IMG/VR virus record: IMGVR_UViG_3300012953_000012
Coordinates: 64,001-128,000 of that record
Reading direction: 5' to 3' (one strand)
From: a virus
Lineage: Duplodnaviria > Caudoviricetes
DNA: 64,000 bases
Under the pieces are notes generated by a model. It was not told the DNA's origin. It saw only the letters and a program-made list of their open reading frames with translations, and made no database searches. Below are positions 43,301-51,379 of this stretch, one piece after another. The position numbers and the translations under genes were made by a program. How positions within the stretch are numbered: the first letter of the stretch is position 1; each line of letters starts with the position of its first letter.

Positions 43301-43939
43301 CTATTCCTCGCCGGGTCGGTAGTCGTCCCACAGCCAAGGGGCCTCGTCCTCCGACTCGTCGTGCATCTTCTTGATCTTCAAGTACCTTCGCAGGCCGTCC
43401 CGCTGCTCTACCGTCATCCGGCACAGGAGGTCGTAGAGGCTCTTCGCGTCCTCGGCGTCCTTCATCGCGGTGTGTGCCCCCTCCTTCGACCACCCCAGAA
43501 ACTCACGGATGCGGTCCATGCCCAGGCGTTCAAGGCCCAGCGGGACCAGGTGCTCCCAGGCCAGGGTCACGGTGTCCACCTTGTGGTAGGGGATGCGGCG
43601 TCTGACTCCAGCCCGCTTGAAGTTGGCTGAGATCATCGCCTCGTCGAACCCGACGTTGTGCCCGCAGATCACAGAGTTCCTTGTGATGTCCGCGATGCGG
43701 TCACCGACCTCGGCCATCGTGGGGGCGTCGTCCCAGCGGGAAGGGTTCGCCGCGTAGCCGTTGACCTCCAGGGCCTTCGGATGGGCGTCCTCAATGCGTT
43801 GAGGCTTGATCAACGTGTGGAATCGGGTCTCACTCCCGTCCGGCTCACAGCGGATCACAGCCACCTCAATGACCTCGGCCACCTGGGGGTCGAGCCCGGT
43901 GGTTTCGGTGTCCAGGAAACAGATTGTCTTGCCTTGCAT
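43301..43939 (-). CDS. DEDDh 3'-5' exonuclease (DnaQ/RNase T family)
   Basis: FLDTETTG, GHNVGFD, HTAMKDAED. Confidence 0.9.
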   Translation of the reverse strand: MQGKTICFLDTETTGLDPQVAEVIEVAVIRCEPDGSETRFHTLIKPQRIEDAHPKALEVNGYAANPSRWDDAPTMAEVGDRIADITRNSVICGHNVGFDEAMISANFKRAGVRRRIPYHKVDTVTLAWEHLVPLGLERLGMDRIREFLGWSKEGAHTAMKDAEDAKSLYDLLCRMTVEQRDGLRRYLKIKKMHDESEDEAPWLWDDYRPGEE

Positions 43940-44067
43940 AATGGTGCTCCACTTTCACGGGCTGTACCCAAAATGTACCCTTGCGGTCCCCCCTCCTTCG
44001 CCACTTTGTCTGAGGAATCCAGGACTTTGGATCCTGGGGGGCAGACTTACTCTCCGGTCGGGTAAGG

Positions 44068-44637
44068 ATGGGGGGAGGTAGTGCTTTGACTCGCAAACTC
44101 AAACCTGTTGACATCCCGGTCCCGGAACCTTTCCGGTCAGCCATGCTATCCGTCGCGGTGACCAACGAGGACGGCGGTTTCACGACTGTCGGCACCCTCG
44201 TGCAGGAAGCCCAGGAGGCTATCCGTCGTGCCAACGAAGCACTGGCGGAAAACAGCCTGGTGGAGTTGGCTGCGAAGGACATGATGAAGGGTCACCGTCG
44301 TCGTGGCAACGCCTCTATCGAGGTGGGTGCAGACGGCTCGGTGCGGCTACGGATCTCCTACTCGACCAGGCGGGACGGCCCCAACGTCACGACCGCTCCA
44401 GGAGGGGCAGGGCTTCCGTCACTGGACGCCTTGCGGAAGGAGGCCCAGGATCTGGGGCTCGACGTCAGCCACCTGGGACGCAGGAAGTTGGAGATCATGG
44501 ACCTGATCACCAACGCCCGAGACATCATGCAGAACCACCATGGAGGGACGGAGCCCGTTGATCCCTTGCCGCGACGTCTACGGGACGAGGTGTCTACCAC
44601 CACCCCCCTCCACACAAAGAAACTCCCGCCTCGGTAG
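44068..44637 (+). CDS. Hypothetical protein (start uncertain)
   Basis: LPSLDALRKEAQDLGLDVSHLGRRK may be a HeH-like motif. Confidence 0.55.
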   Translation: MGGGSALTRKLKPVDIPVPEPFRSAMLSVAVTNEDGGFTTVGTLVQEAQEAIRRANEALAENSLVELAAKDMMKGHRRRGNASIEVGADGSVRLRISYSTRRDGPNVTTAPGGAGLPSLDALRKEAQDLGLDVSHLGRRKLEIMDLITNARDIMQNHHGGTEPVDPLPRRLRDEVSTTTPLHTKKLPPR

Positions 44638-44669
44638 TGCCTCTATGGGCTCCTATCAACAGGAGGCCC
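44633..44669 (+). promoter_or_regulatory. Class L motif GGTAG-tgcct-CTATG plus SD-occluding hairpin
   Basis: gggctcct-atcaac-aggaggccc (44647-44669, one bulge). Confidence 0.7.
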
Positions 44670-44670
44670 T

Positions 44671-45039
44671 ATGGCAGAGAAACCACAACCCTTCGGATTC
44701 TGGACCCTCGGGCGCTCTCAGAATGGGTTGCAGGGAGGTCCTACAACCATCGAGGAACTTCCCGATGGTAGGCTCGTCAGGGTCAAGTATCCAGGAAACC
44801 CTGCCTTGCTGGAGGACGAGTTCATCTTGTTCACCGTGCGGAACAACCCCGTCGCCCGGAAGCAGTACTTTGATCTGATCCCTACAATGGATCCGGTGAG
44901 CCAAAAGCGCCTGAATGATCTGGCTGCGAAACGGCCCGACTTCTTCCGGTGGCCGAAGGTCGATGATCTCACCCTCAACGACAACATCCAACGCAAAGAG
45001 GTACGGGCCGGGATCCACCTGGAAGTCCCCAAGCCTTGA
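44671..45039 (+). CDS. Hypothetical late-type protein
   Basis: AGGAGG RBS. Confidence 0.7.
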   Translation: MAEKPQPFGFWTLGRSQNGLQGGPTTIEELPDGRLVRVKYPGNPALLEDEFILFTVRNNPVARKQYFDLIPTMDPVSQKRLNDLAAKRPDFFRWPKVDDLTLNDNIQRKEVRAGIHLEVPKP

Positions 45040-45063
45040 CCCCACCCTGAAAGAGAGGACAGC

Positions 45064-45312
45064 ATGATTATCGATCTGAAAAGGCTTCAGAAGAAGCAAG
45101 CCAACCGGCACTCCGGGCGGAAAGCCGCCGTGGCACCCGTCGCAGAGGCACCCGTCGTCGCACCTGAACCGGAAGCAGAACCGGAAGCAGAGGAGTTGAC
45201 CATGGCCAACACGAAGGCTGAGTTGACTGCCGGGGCCGAAGCCGCTGGCATCACTGTTGACCCTGGTTGGACCAAGGCGCAGATCCTGGCTGCGATGTAC
45301 CCTGGCGAGTGA
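45064..45312 (+). CDS. Small protein, basic N-terminus and HeH-like C-terminus
   Basis: GAGG RBS; TKAELTAGAEAAGITVDPGWTKAQILAA. Confidence 0.6.
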   Translation: MIIDLKRLQKKQANRHSGRKAAVAPVAEAPVVAPEPEAEPEAEELTMANTKAELTAGAEAAGITVDPGWTKAQILAAMYPGE

Positions 45313-45749
45313 TCCCGCCTGTGGAGGATCTGATGCCCACCATGAGAGTGGATCTCTACTCCATGGTGAACGGCTATGGATTCTGCGACCCGGTTGAGGA
45401 AGGCTCTGAGAGGGTCTACTTCCGGGTAGAGGATTTCGTGCGGCTGGAGGCAGGGGAACCCCTGCCTATCGCAGGTGAACTGGTCGAGGTGGGCGACGTG
45501 GCTACAGGGGGCCGAAGCCCACGAGCCACATCGGTCCACAGACTCGTGGCACCACAACGTGTTCAGGGATCTGTGAAGTCGTTTGACCCGGTGAAGGGTT
45601 GGGGTTTCATCGAGCGCGGCGCGGACCTGTACTTCCTCCACAGGAGTGATCTCGTGGACCCCTTCACTCCTGTGATCGGCACCACGGTCGAGTTTTACGT
45701 TGGAAGGAAGAAAGGCCGACCCCGAGCCTGCTACGTCTCACGGGTATGA
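45309..45749 (+). CDS. Tandem cold-shock-domain protein
   Basis: NGYGF...RVYFRVEDF and GSVKSFDPVKGWGFI...LYFLHRSDL. Confidence 0.8.
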   Translation: MIPPVEDLMPTMRVDLYSMVNGYGFCDPVEEGSERVYFRVEDFVRLEAGEPLPIAGELVEVGDVATGGRSPRATSVHRLVAPQRVQGSVKSFDPVKGWGFIERGADLYFLHRSDLVDPFTPVIGTTVEFYVGRKKGRPRACYVSRV

Positions 45750-45768
45750 TCCGACCAAAGGAGTGGAC

Positions 45769-46356
45769 ATGGCCCACGACAAGAACCGATTCGGAGGCAT
45801 CGCGGGGAGCAACTACACCCCGATGTCGGAGACTGAACAAGAGGTCCTTCAACGGCTCGTGGCTACTCGGGACATGGACGTCTACATCAAGGGATGGGGC
45901 TACATCAAAGGCGTCGAGGGCGCGATTGCAGGGGACCTGCGGCTGGCTCTCCCTCTGGTCCTGGACTTCGACCGTCCGGCAGTGCCGATGCCGGTCTACT
46001 ACTTCGACCTGGAACTCCGCACGTCGTCGGGGATCCTGCTGTTCGCCGAGCGCCAGAGCACGGTGTACGACAGTCAGCCACTCCTGGTCAGCGCAGGCAC
46101 ACACCTCTCGATGATCTGGGAGATTGCCATCCGGCACATGGACCCCAAGATCGTGAAGGCGTACAAGCCGGGGGCCACGGGACTCACCTCGCGGTGGCAA
46201 GACCGAGACACGGGCCAGATGACCATGTTCGGCAACACCCGCATGAGGGGCGACGACAGGAAGGCTCTTGTCAACCTCAGGAAAGGCGAGGCGTTCGCAA
46301 AGGCCGACACCGTCCGCATCGCTCAGAAGGCCACGAAGACCTCCCAAAAGAAGTAG
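45769..46356 (+). CDS. Hypothetical protein
   Basis: AAAGGAG RBS before ATG 45769. Confidence 0.65.
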   Translation: MAHDKNRFGGIAGSNYTPMSETEQEVLQRLVATRDMDVYIKGWGYIKGVEGAIAGDLRLALPLVLDFDRPAVPMPVYYFDLELRTSSGILLFAERQSTVYDSQPLLVSAGTHLSMIWEIAIRHMDPKIVKAYKPGATGLTSRWQDRDTGQMTMFGNTRMRGDDRKALVNLRKGEAFAKADTVRIAQKATKTSQKK

Positions 46357-46392
46357 ACCCCCCACACTTACAGCGCGGAGGGTCAGACTTTC

Positions 46393-46438
46393 AACCCTGT
46401 AGGCACAGGGTTTCACGTCAGCGGGGCTATCAGCCCCG
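46393..46438. terminator. Two hairpins at convergent junction (46393-46412 and 46422-46438)
   Basis: aaccctgt-aggc-acagggtt; cggggct-atc-agccccg. Confidence 0.6.
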
Positions 46439-46809
46439 TGCGGCGAGAACGTCCTTGCGGAGTTCGGCCAGATCCTTGCCCGCCTGGCTCGCAGCCTTGC
46501 GGAGTCGGGTGCCGGGGGCTCCAGCCTTCCCGCCGTCGCATTTTTCGGCGTCGGCACGGGCGGCCTGAAGGTCAGCGATGATGCGGTCGATCTTGTCTGT
46601 CATGCTCATGGTGTTTTTCCTTGTAACGGGGGTTGTGTAAAGCGGGGGGTCAACACGAATGACCTCCCATTGGTACTCTTTGGTGGCTTCATCGAGGGCG
46701 ACCATCCCGGCCTCCCACTCACGACCGGCCCTGAGCGCGGTCTCCAATCCAACATACTCGTCGGGCAACTCCCCCGATTTGTGCTCTCGCCGCACGGGGC
46801 TGATAGCCC
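46424..46809. repeat. Perfect 25-bp inverted repeat (46424-46448 / 46785-46809)
   Basis: gggctatcagccccgtgcggcgaga vs tctcgccgcacggggctgatagccc. Confidence 0.95.
46430..46609 (-). CDS. Histone H1-like Hc1-family nucleoid protein
   Basis: AAGGA RBS; DAEKCDGGKAGAPGTRLRK resembles the Hc1 DAEK..GNKAAGTRxRK motif. Confidence 0.65.
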   Translation of the reverse strand: MSMTDKIDRIIADLQAARADAEKCDGGKAGAPGTRLRKAASQAGKDLAELRKDVLAARG

Positions 46810-46848
46810 GCGTGGTGGACCACGCGACTTTGTAGTGGTCGGCTCGGA

Positions 46849-47220
46849 TCATGGCTCCTTGTCCTCTCCACGTTTGCCGAGGCGAGTCACTTGCTCGTCG
46901 TCGGGGTGGGGGTCAAGCAGATGATTGAGCCGGTATTGGTGGCAGATGTCGTTGGCGATGCTCCGCAGGTGGCGGACGATCAACTCGACCTCGTGGCTGT
47001 ACTCGGGCTGGCGCAGGGTCAACTCGGAGGCGGGGGTGCCCTTCCGCAACTCCTCCATGTCCACCGTGACGGCGTTCCAGCCGTAGACCTCTTCGCCCCA
47101 CACCACTTCAAAGTAGGCGACCGGCGTAGTGTCCAGGTCAGGCACACCAGGCTTGCCTTCCAAGGCCAGCCGGATGCGGTGCTTGTCGAGGTCAATGACC
47201 TTGTCGTTGTCGTCAGCCAT
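46849..47220 (-). CDS. Hypothetical protein
   Basis: Co-oriented minus-strand run. Confidence 0.6.
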   Translation of the reverse strand: MADDNDKVIDLDKHRIRLALEGKPGVPDLDTTPVAYFEVVWGEEVYGWNAVTVDMEELRKGTPASELTLRQPEYSHEVELIVRHLRSIANDICHQYRLNHLLDPHPDDEQVTRLGKRGEDKEP

Positions 47221-47228
47221 GCGTCACC

Positions 47229-47504
47229 CTACCCTCGCCAGCCGGTTTTGACGCCGAGGAGGGACTTGACCTCACGGAACCTGTCGCCGTCCTGGATGTA
47301 GCGGTCGATCTGCTCCAGCAGCCCAACCGTGCGTCCGAAAGTCAGCGGCTCGCTGGTCTTCTCCAGGAGCCCAGGGCGTTCCCACATGCCCACATCCGGG
47401 GCATCGACAGGGGCATCGCAGGCCCACACGCAGTAGGCATGACGCTCACCTTTGTCGTCGGTGACCTCAAAGCCGATGCAGTCGCAGGAGTACTTTCGGA
47501 GCAC
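47229..47504 (-). CDS. Small Cys-containing protein
   Basis: CTGGAGG RBS; CDC...C..AC. Confidence 0.6.
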   Translation of the reverse strand: MLRKYSCDCIGFEVTDDKGERHAYCVWACDAPVDAPDVGMWERPGLLEKTSEPLTFGRTVGLLEQIDRYIQDGDRFREVKSLLGVKTGWRG

Positions 47505-47576
47505 ATGCCCTCCAGGTGGTGATGGGCTCTCTTACCGAGATGGGGCCGGGTGTGTGCCCCCACAGCCGAGAAAACC

Positions 47577-47611
47577 AATAGGCCGCCTATCCCCCACCTC
47601 CTTCAAGGAGG
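47577..47611 (+). promoter_or_regulatory. Class L motif AATAG-gccgc-CTATC plus short anti-SD hairpin
   Basis: cctcct-tca-aggagg directly upstream of nuclease GTG. Confidence 0.6.
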
Positions 47612-47616
47612 CCGTT

Positions 47617-48006
47617 GTGTCCGCTGCCAAGATCCCGAGTCCGTATGTCTACCGTGCCGAGGTGATCTCGGTCTACGATGGCGACACCATCACCGTCATG
47701 CTTGATCTCGGCATGGGCATCGTCCGTAAGGCGAAGTGCAGGCTGCTGGGGATCGACACTCCAGAAATCCGCACGAAGTCCGCAGCCGAGAAGGAGGCTG
47801 GCTACACGGCACGGGACCGCGTTCGGAAGTTGATCCTGGGCAAGACCGTGGTGCTGCACTCGGTAGCGAAGCCCGACAAGTACGGACGCTTGCTGGTCAA
47901 GGTGTGGGCCGAGGACGGCTCCTGTGTCAACCAAGTGCTGCTCGACGAGGGCCTGGCCCGCGAGTACGACGGCGGAACTAAGGTGTCCTGGGCCTCATGG
48001 ACCTGA
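47617..48006 (+). CDS. Thermonuclease (SNase family), no signal peptide
   Basis: VISVYDGDTI, RLLGIDTPE, DKYGRLL, LLDEGLA. Confidence 0.9.
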   Translation: MSAAKIPSPYVYRAEVISVYDGDTITVMLDLGMGIVRKAKCRLLGIDTPEIRTKSAAEKEAGYTARDRVRKLILGKTVVLHSVAKPDKYGRLLVKVWAEDGSCVNQVLLDEGLAREYDGGTKVSWASWT

Positions 48007-48014
48007 GCCGGTTC

Positions 48015-48029
48015 GATAGTCCGGCTATA
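48015..48029 (+). promoter_or_regulatory. Class L motif GATAG-tccgg-CTATA
   Basis: Intergenic, 31 nt upstream of tail tube gene. Confidence 0.7.
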
Positions 48030-48059
48030 CTCCACCACCAGTACATCCCGGAGTGACTC

Positions 48060-48818
48060 ATGGCGAACACAGACCTCAACCCACAGGGCGGCATCCAAGG
48101 ATCGTCGCAGATCTACAACTTCGGGACGACCCCCAATACACGGTCGGTCGTCACGCAGAAGGTCCGGGTCCTTGCGCCTGCTTATGGCGGAAGTGGTCTG
48201 TTCCAGATCGGTGTGCTGTCCAACTTCGGACCCACCGAGTCTCGTACCATCGAGCCTGTGCGCGGCATCGGATTCGGTGACATCATCGCGGAACTCGTGC
48301 CGGGCAACACGGAGCCAATGACGGCTTCCGTCGAGCGCACAATGCTCTACCTCTCCAACCTGTGGCAGAGCACTGGCTACGCTTCCGGCGTGTCCGGCCC
48401 CGTCCGGTCCCTTCGTCACCACCGTTGGCCGTTCGATGTCGAGCAGCAGATCGTCTTCTCGACCATCGCTGACCGTGAGTTGACCTCCTCGGGTGATGGC
48501 ACGGGTGTTGAGACTGGCTTCGGCTCCTACGGAACGCTGAAGTACGACGGCGCTCTCGGTGGCGGTGGACCTGACGGCAACGGGAGCCAGCCAGGATCAC
48601 ACCAGATCCTGATCACCTACTACGAAGGTTGCTGGTGGGGCGACTGGAACACCTCGTTCCAGAAGGACACCGCGATGGTCATGGAGTCCGGGACCATGAC
48701 GATCACCGACGTTCACGACTTCTCCAGCGTCCAGTACGGTGAGTTCCTGGCGACAGGCAACGATCCGTCCATCGGCCAGACTGGAAGCCTGATCTACGGG
48801 TCCACCTTCGACGGGTGA
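48060..48818 (+). CDS. Tail tube protein
   Basis: ESRTIEPVRGIG...ELVPG...VERTMLY; TYYEGCW...SF...VMESGTM; position before chaperones and tape measure. Confidence 0.7.
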   Translation: MANTDLNPQGGIQGSSQIYNFGTTPNTRSVVTQKVRVLAPAYGGSGLFQIGVLSNFGPTESRTIEPVRGIGFGDIIAELVPGNTEPMTASVERTMLYLSNLWQSTGYASGVSGPVRSLRHHRWPFDVEQQIVFSTIADRELTSSGDGTGVETGFGSYGTLKYDGALGGGGPDGNGSQPGSHQILITYYEGCWWGDWNTSFQKDTAMVMESGTMTITDVHDFSSVQYGEFLATGNDPSIGQTGSLIYGSTFDG

Positions 48819-48837
48819 TCCCACGAAAACGACTGAA

Positions 48838-48873
48838 AGAAGGCCGAGGAGGTTGATGCCCCCTCGGCCTTCT
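48838..48873 (+). terminator. Hairpin after tail tube gene
   Basis: agaaggccgagg / cctcggccttct 12-bp stem. Confidence 0.7.
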
Positions 48874-48942
48874 ACGTTATCGCCCATGTGGGATGCGTGA
48901 CGTAGCCCCAGCGCGGGTACAGTCTCCCCTCGGAGGAGACCC

Positions 48943-50121
48943 ATGCTTGACCTCAATACACTCAAAACCGCGCTCAAGCCGCTCTCGGAGATGGGGCGTG
49001 ACGAGTTCACCTTTGACGTGGATGGTATGGGCATCACGTTGCGCCCGCTCCTTCCGTTGGAGGAGGTGGCAGTGCAGCGGTACTCCGCGTCTATCCTTGA
49101 CGACATCCAGGAACGGGAAGGGTTGGACACCAACGACAACATGAGCCGCGCTGCGGCCATGGACTACTTCGACCGTTTCCGCATCGAGATCATCGCCAAC
49201 GCCATTGTCCAGGTGGGCGACCTGGACCTCCGCGACGAGAGGTACATCGCGACGGGTGAGACCCTGGAGAACGGCACGCCGGTCCAGGTGCCACGCCACA
49301 TCGCCATGCGAGGGATCGTCCAGGAGTGGTCCCGCGCCATGCTTACCGTGTGCTTCGCTCGTTACGGTGATCTCGTCCAGAAGATTGCCGACGAGGCGGA
49401 CAAGATTGCCCGGACCACGCTCCCTGACCTCGACGCAGAAATCGAACGGGTCGAGGCTCGCCTGAAGACCTTGAAGCAGGACCGTGAGACCCGTGCGAAG
49501 GGTGACCCCAGCGTCACGGCCTCCCAGATCACCAACCTGGTCAACGCCGGGAAGGCTTTGGAAGCCGAAGCAGATTCCGCACTCAGCCGGGTGGAGGACG
49601 AACTGGAACTCCAGGAGGCGGTGAAGGAACGAAAGGCCGCCCAGCGACCTCGGCAACGAAAGGCCGCACCGGCACCTACGCAGGCCGCGAAGCCTGCCCC
49701 AGCACCCACACCGCCCGCACCCGCGCCACCACAAGAACGCAAGTCGGTGATCCCTTCCGCATCGCCACCCCCCTCGTCGTTTCCGTCGTCCGGCGGGACA
49801 CATGTTCCGGGCGAGGTGATGTCCTCCTTCGGTGACGGGGATGACCCCGAAGTGCTCGCCGCAGAAGAGTTGAGGATCCTGGAGGCGCGTCGTCAGGCAG
49901 CCCTGGCCCGCCACACGGCGCACGAACAGGAGGCGCGTGATCCCTTCCGAGAGGCTGTTGAGGTCGCGTCCCCTGAGAAAGGTGTCGAAGCCTACCGACT
50001 GCCCAAAGAGGAGTTGACCCCCCGTGGCCGCGCCAGCGCACCCTCCCCGAAGAAAGGGCGAAAGGGCAAGGGCAAGGGGCCACAAAGCACGGAGAATCCA
50101 AACTTCAAGCCACCACGATGA
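48943..50121 (+). CDS. Probable tail assembly chaperone
   Basis: GGAGGAG RBS; between tube and tape measure; FTFDVDG..ITLRPL; Pro-rich disordered C-terminus. Confidence 0.55.
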   Translation: MLDLNTLKTALKPLSEMGRDEFTFDVDGMGITLRPLLPLEEVAVQRYSASILDDIQEREGLDTNDNMSRAAAMDYFDRFRIEIIANAIVQVGDLDLRDERYIATGETLENGTPVQVPRHIAMRGIVQEWSRAMLTVCFARYGDLVQKIADEADKIARTTLPDLDAEIERVEARLKTLKQDRETRAKGDPSVTASQITNLVNAGKALEAEADSALSRVEDELELQEAVKERKAAQRPRQRKAAPAPTQAAKPAPAPTPPAPAPPQERKSVIPSASPPPSSFPSSGGTHVPGEVMSSFGDGDDPEVLAAEELRILEARRQAALARHTAHEQEARDPFREAVEVASPEKGVEAYRLPKEELTPRGRASAPSPKKGRKGKGKGPQSTENPNFKPPR

Positions 50122-50130
50122 TGGTGCCAG

Positions 50131-51345
50131 ATGGACCGTGATGAGATCCTCCGTCAACAAGCCGAGGACCACCTACTCCAGGAGGCGCACCGAAGGAGAT
50201 TCCTCTACAACGACGTAGAGACCCTGCTCCTGACGGGGTGGCTCTCACAGGTTGTGCCGCTCGGTCCTGGGAGCGTGACGCTCCGCACATACGACACCAC
50301 GAGCCACACCCACCTGATCATGCGGTGTGAAGGTGACCCCTCCAACTGGAAGCGGCACCGAGTAGCCCATGCCGTCTACATGGTGAATGGTTTCTACGTT
50401 CACCAGGAGGATCCCAACGCGGCCCACCACGTCTACCAGGAATGGTTGCGGAACGTCCGGGTTGAGCACATCGAAGTCCTGCACACCTATGTGCTGGGTC
50501 TGACGAACCGCCTGGCGAGGGCGTGCCGCCTGACCAACGCCTACTGCCACGAGCCGTATTCCCGTGCCCTCTGGAAGCGTAAGCCCCGCCAACAGGCCGC
50601 TTCCCAGAACGTCGTCCAGGAGTTGTGGTGGGCGTGGAACGAGTCCCAGGACACCTTCGACTCGGACATTAGGCAGTGGCAACACACCCGCTCCATCGTC
50701 GGCTCTATGAGCAGCAAGGGCGCGAAATCATTGAAGAAGTCCGAGGACGGTTGGAAGAAAAGGCGAGAGGATCTCGCCGCACGCACCATCGAGGACGCGG
50801 TCAACTGGGTCATCAGCGGGGAGCGGGAGGAACAGAAGCCTCTCACCGTCACGGTGAACGGACAGACCTTTGAGGTGCCGAAGGTCCACGCCTCCCAGAC
50901 GGTTGATGAGATGCAGGAAGAACTCATGCGGGCCGTGCGTGGGGAGAAGGACTACCACGACCTCATGGTGGAACAGTACAAGACGTACCACCGAGCCAAG
51001 AACGAGGCCGCCCGACAGGAACGGCAGAGGGCGGTGGAGGAGGCTCGCCGTGCATCGGAAGAGCGTGAGATCACGGGACGCACAGCAATCGTCGGCTACA
51101 CACCTGAGCAGTTGGCCGAGATCAACCCGGACATCTTCGACCAGCCCACAGCGAGGCACCAGCAGCACTCGCCCGAGCGGGAGCGGTTCGACAAGTACCT
51201 CGACACCGATGTCGAGGTAGGGTGGATCGGCGCGTCAGGGAAACCGGAACGAGCCCAGAGTGACCCCCCTCAGTCGGAGACTGGCACCAAAGGCCAAAGC
51301 CTTCAAGACAAGATCAGCCGCCGCAAGCCCCGTCTGAAACCATAG
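50131..51345 (+). CDS. Second tail-assembly-region protein (in frame with 48943 ORF)
   Basis: Directly upstream of tape measure. Confidence 0.6.
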   Translation: MDRDEILRQQAEDHLLQEAHRRRFLYNDVETLLLTGWLSQVVPLGPGSVTLRTYDTTSHTHLIMRCEGDPSNWKRHRVAHAVYMVNGFYVHQEDPNAAHHVYQEWLRNVRVEHIEVLHTYVLGLTNRLARACRLTNAYCHEPYSRALWKRKPRQQAASQNVVQELWWAWNESQDTFDSDIRQWQHTRSIVGSMSSKGAKSLKKSEDGWKKRREDLAARTIEDAVNWVISGEREEQKPLTVTVNGQTFEVPKVHASQTVDEMQEELMRAVRGEKDYHDLMVEQYKTYHRAKNEAARQERQRAVEEARRASEEREITGRTAIVGYTPEQLAEINPDIFDQPTARHQQHSPERERFDKYLDTDVEVGWIGASGKPERAQSDPPQSETGTKGQSLQDKISRRKPRLKP

Positions 51346-51355
51346 TCAGCCTATG
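51341..51355 (+). promoter_or_regulatory. Class L motif CATAG-tcagc-CTATG
   Basis: Upstream of tape measure; TAG is also the upstream stop. Confidence 0.65.
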
Positions 51356-51379
51356 TCACTCAGGGTGTAAGGAGTCCCC

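Noticed and set aside
46610-46852. N-terminal extension of the Hc1-like ORF (140-aa call)
   Set aside because: Good AAGGA RBS before ATG 46609 and the family match starts there; the extension crosses the inverted repeat copy. It cannot be fully excluded
50030-50121. -1 frameshift slippery site at the end of the tail chaperone
   Set aside because: No XXXYYYZ heptamer seen, and the downstream ORF is in frame 0, so a frameshift would not join them
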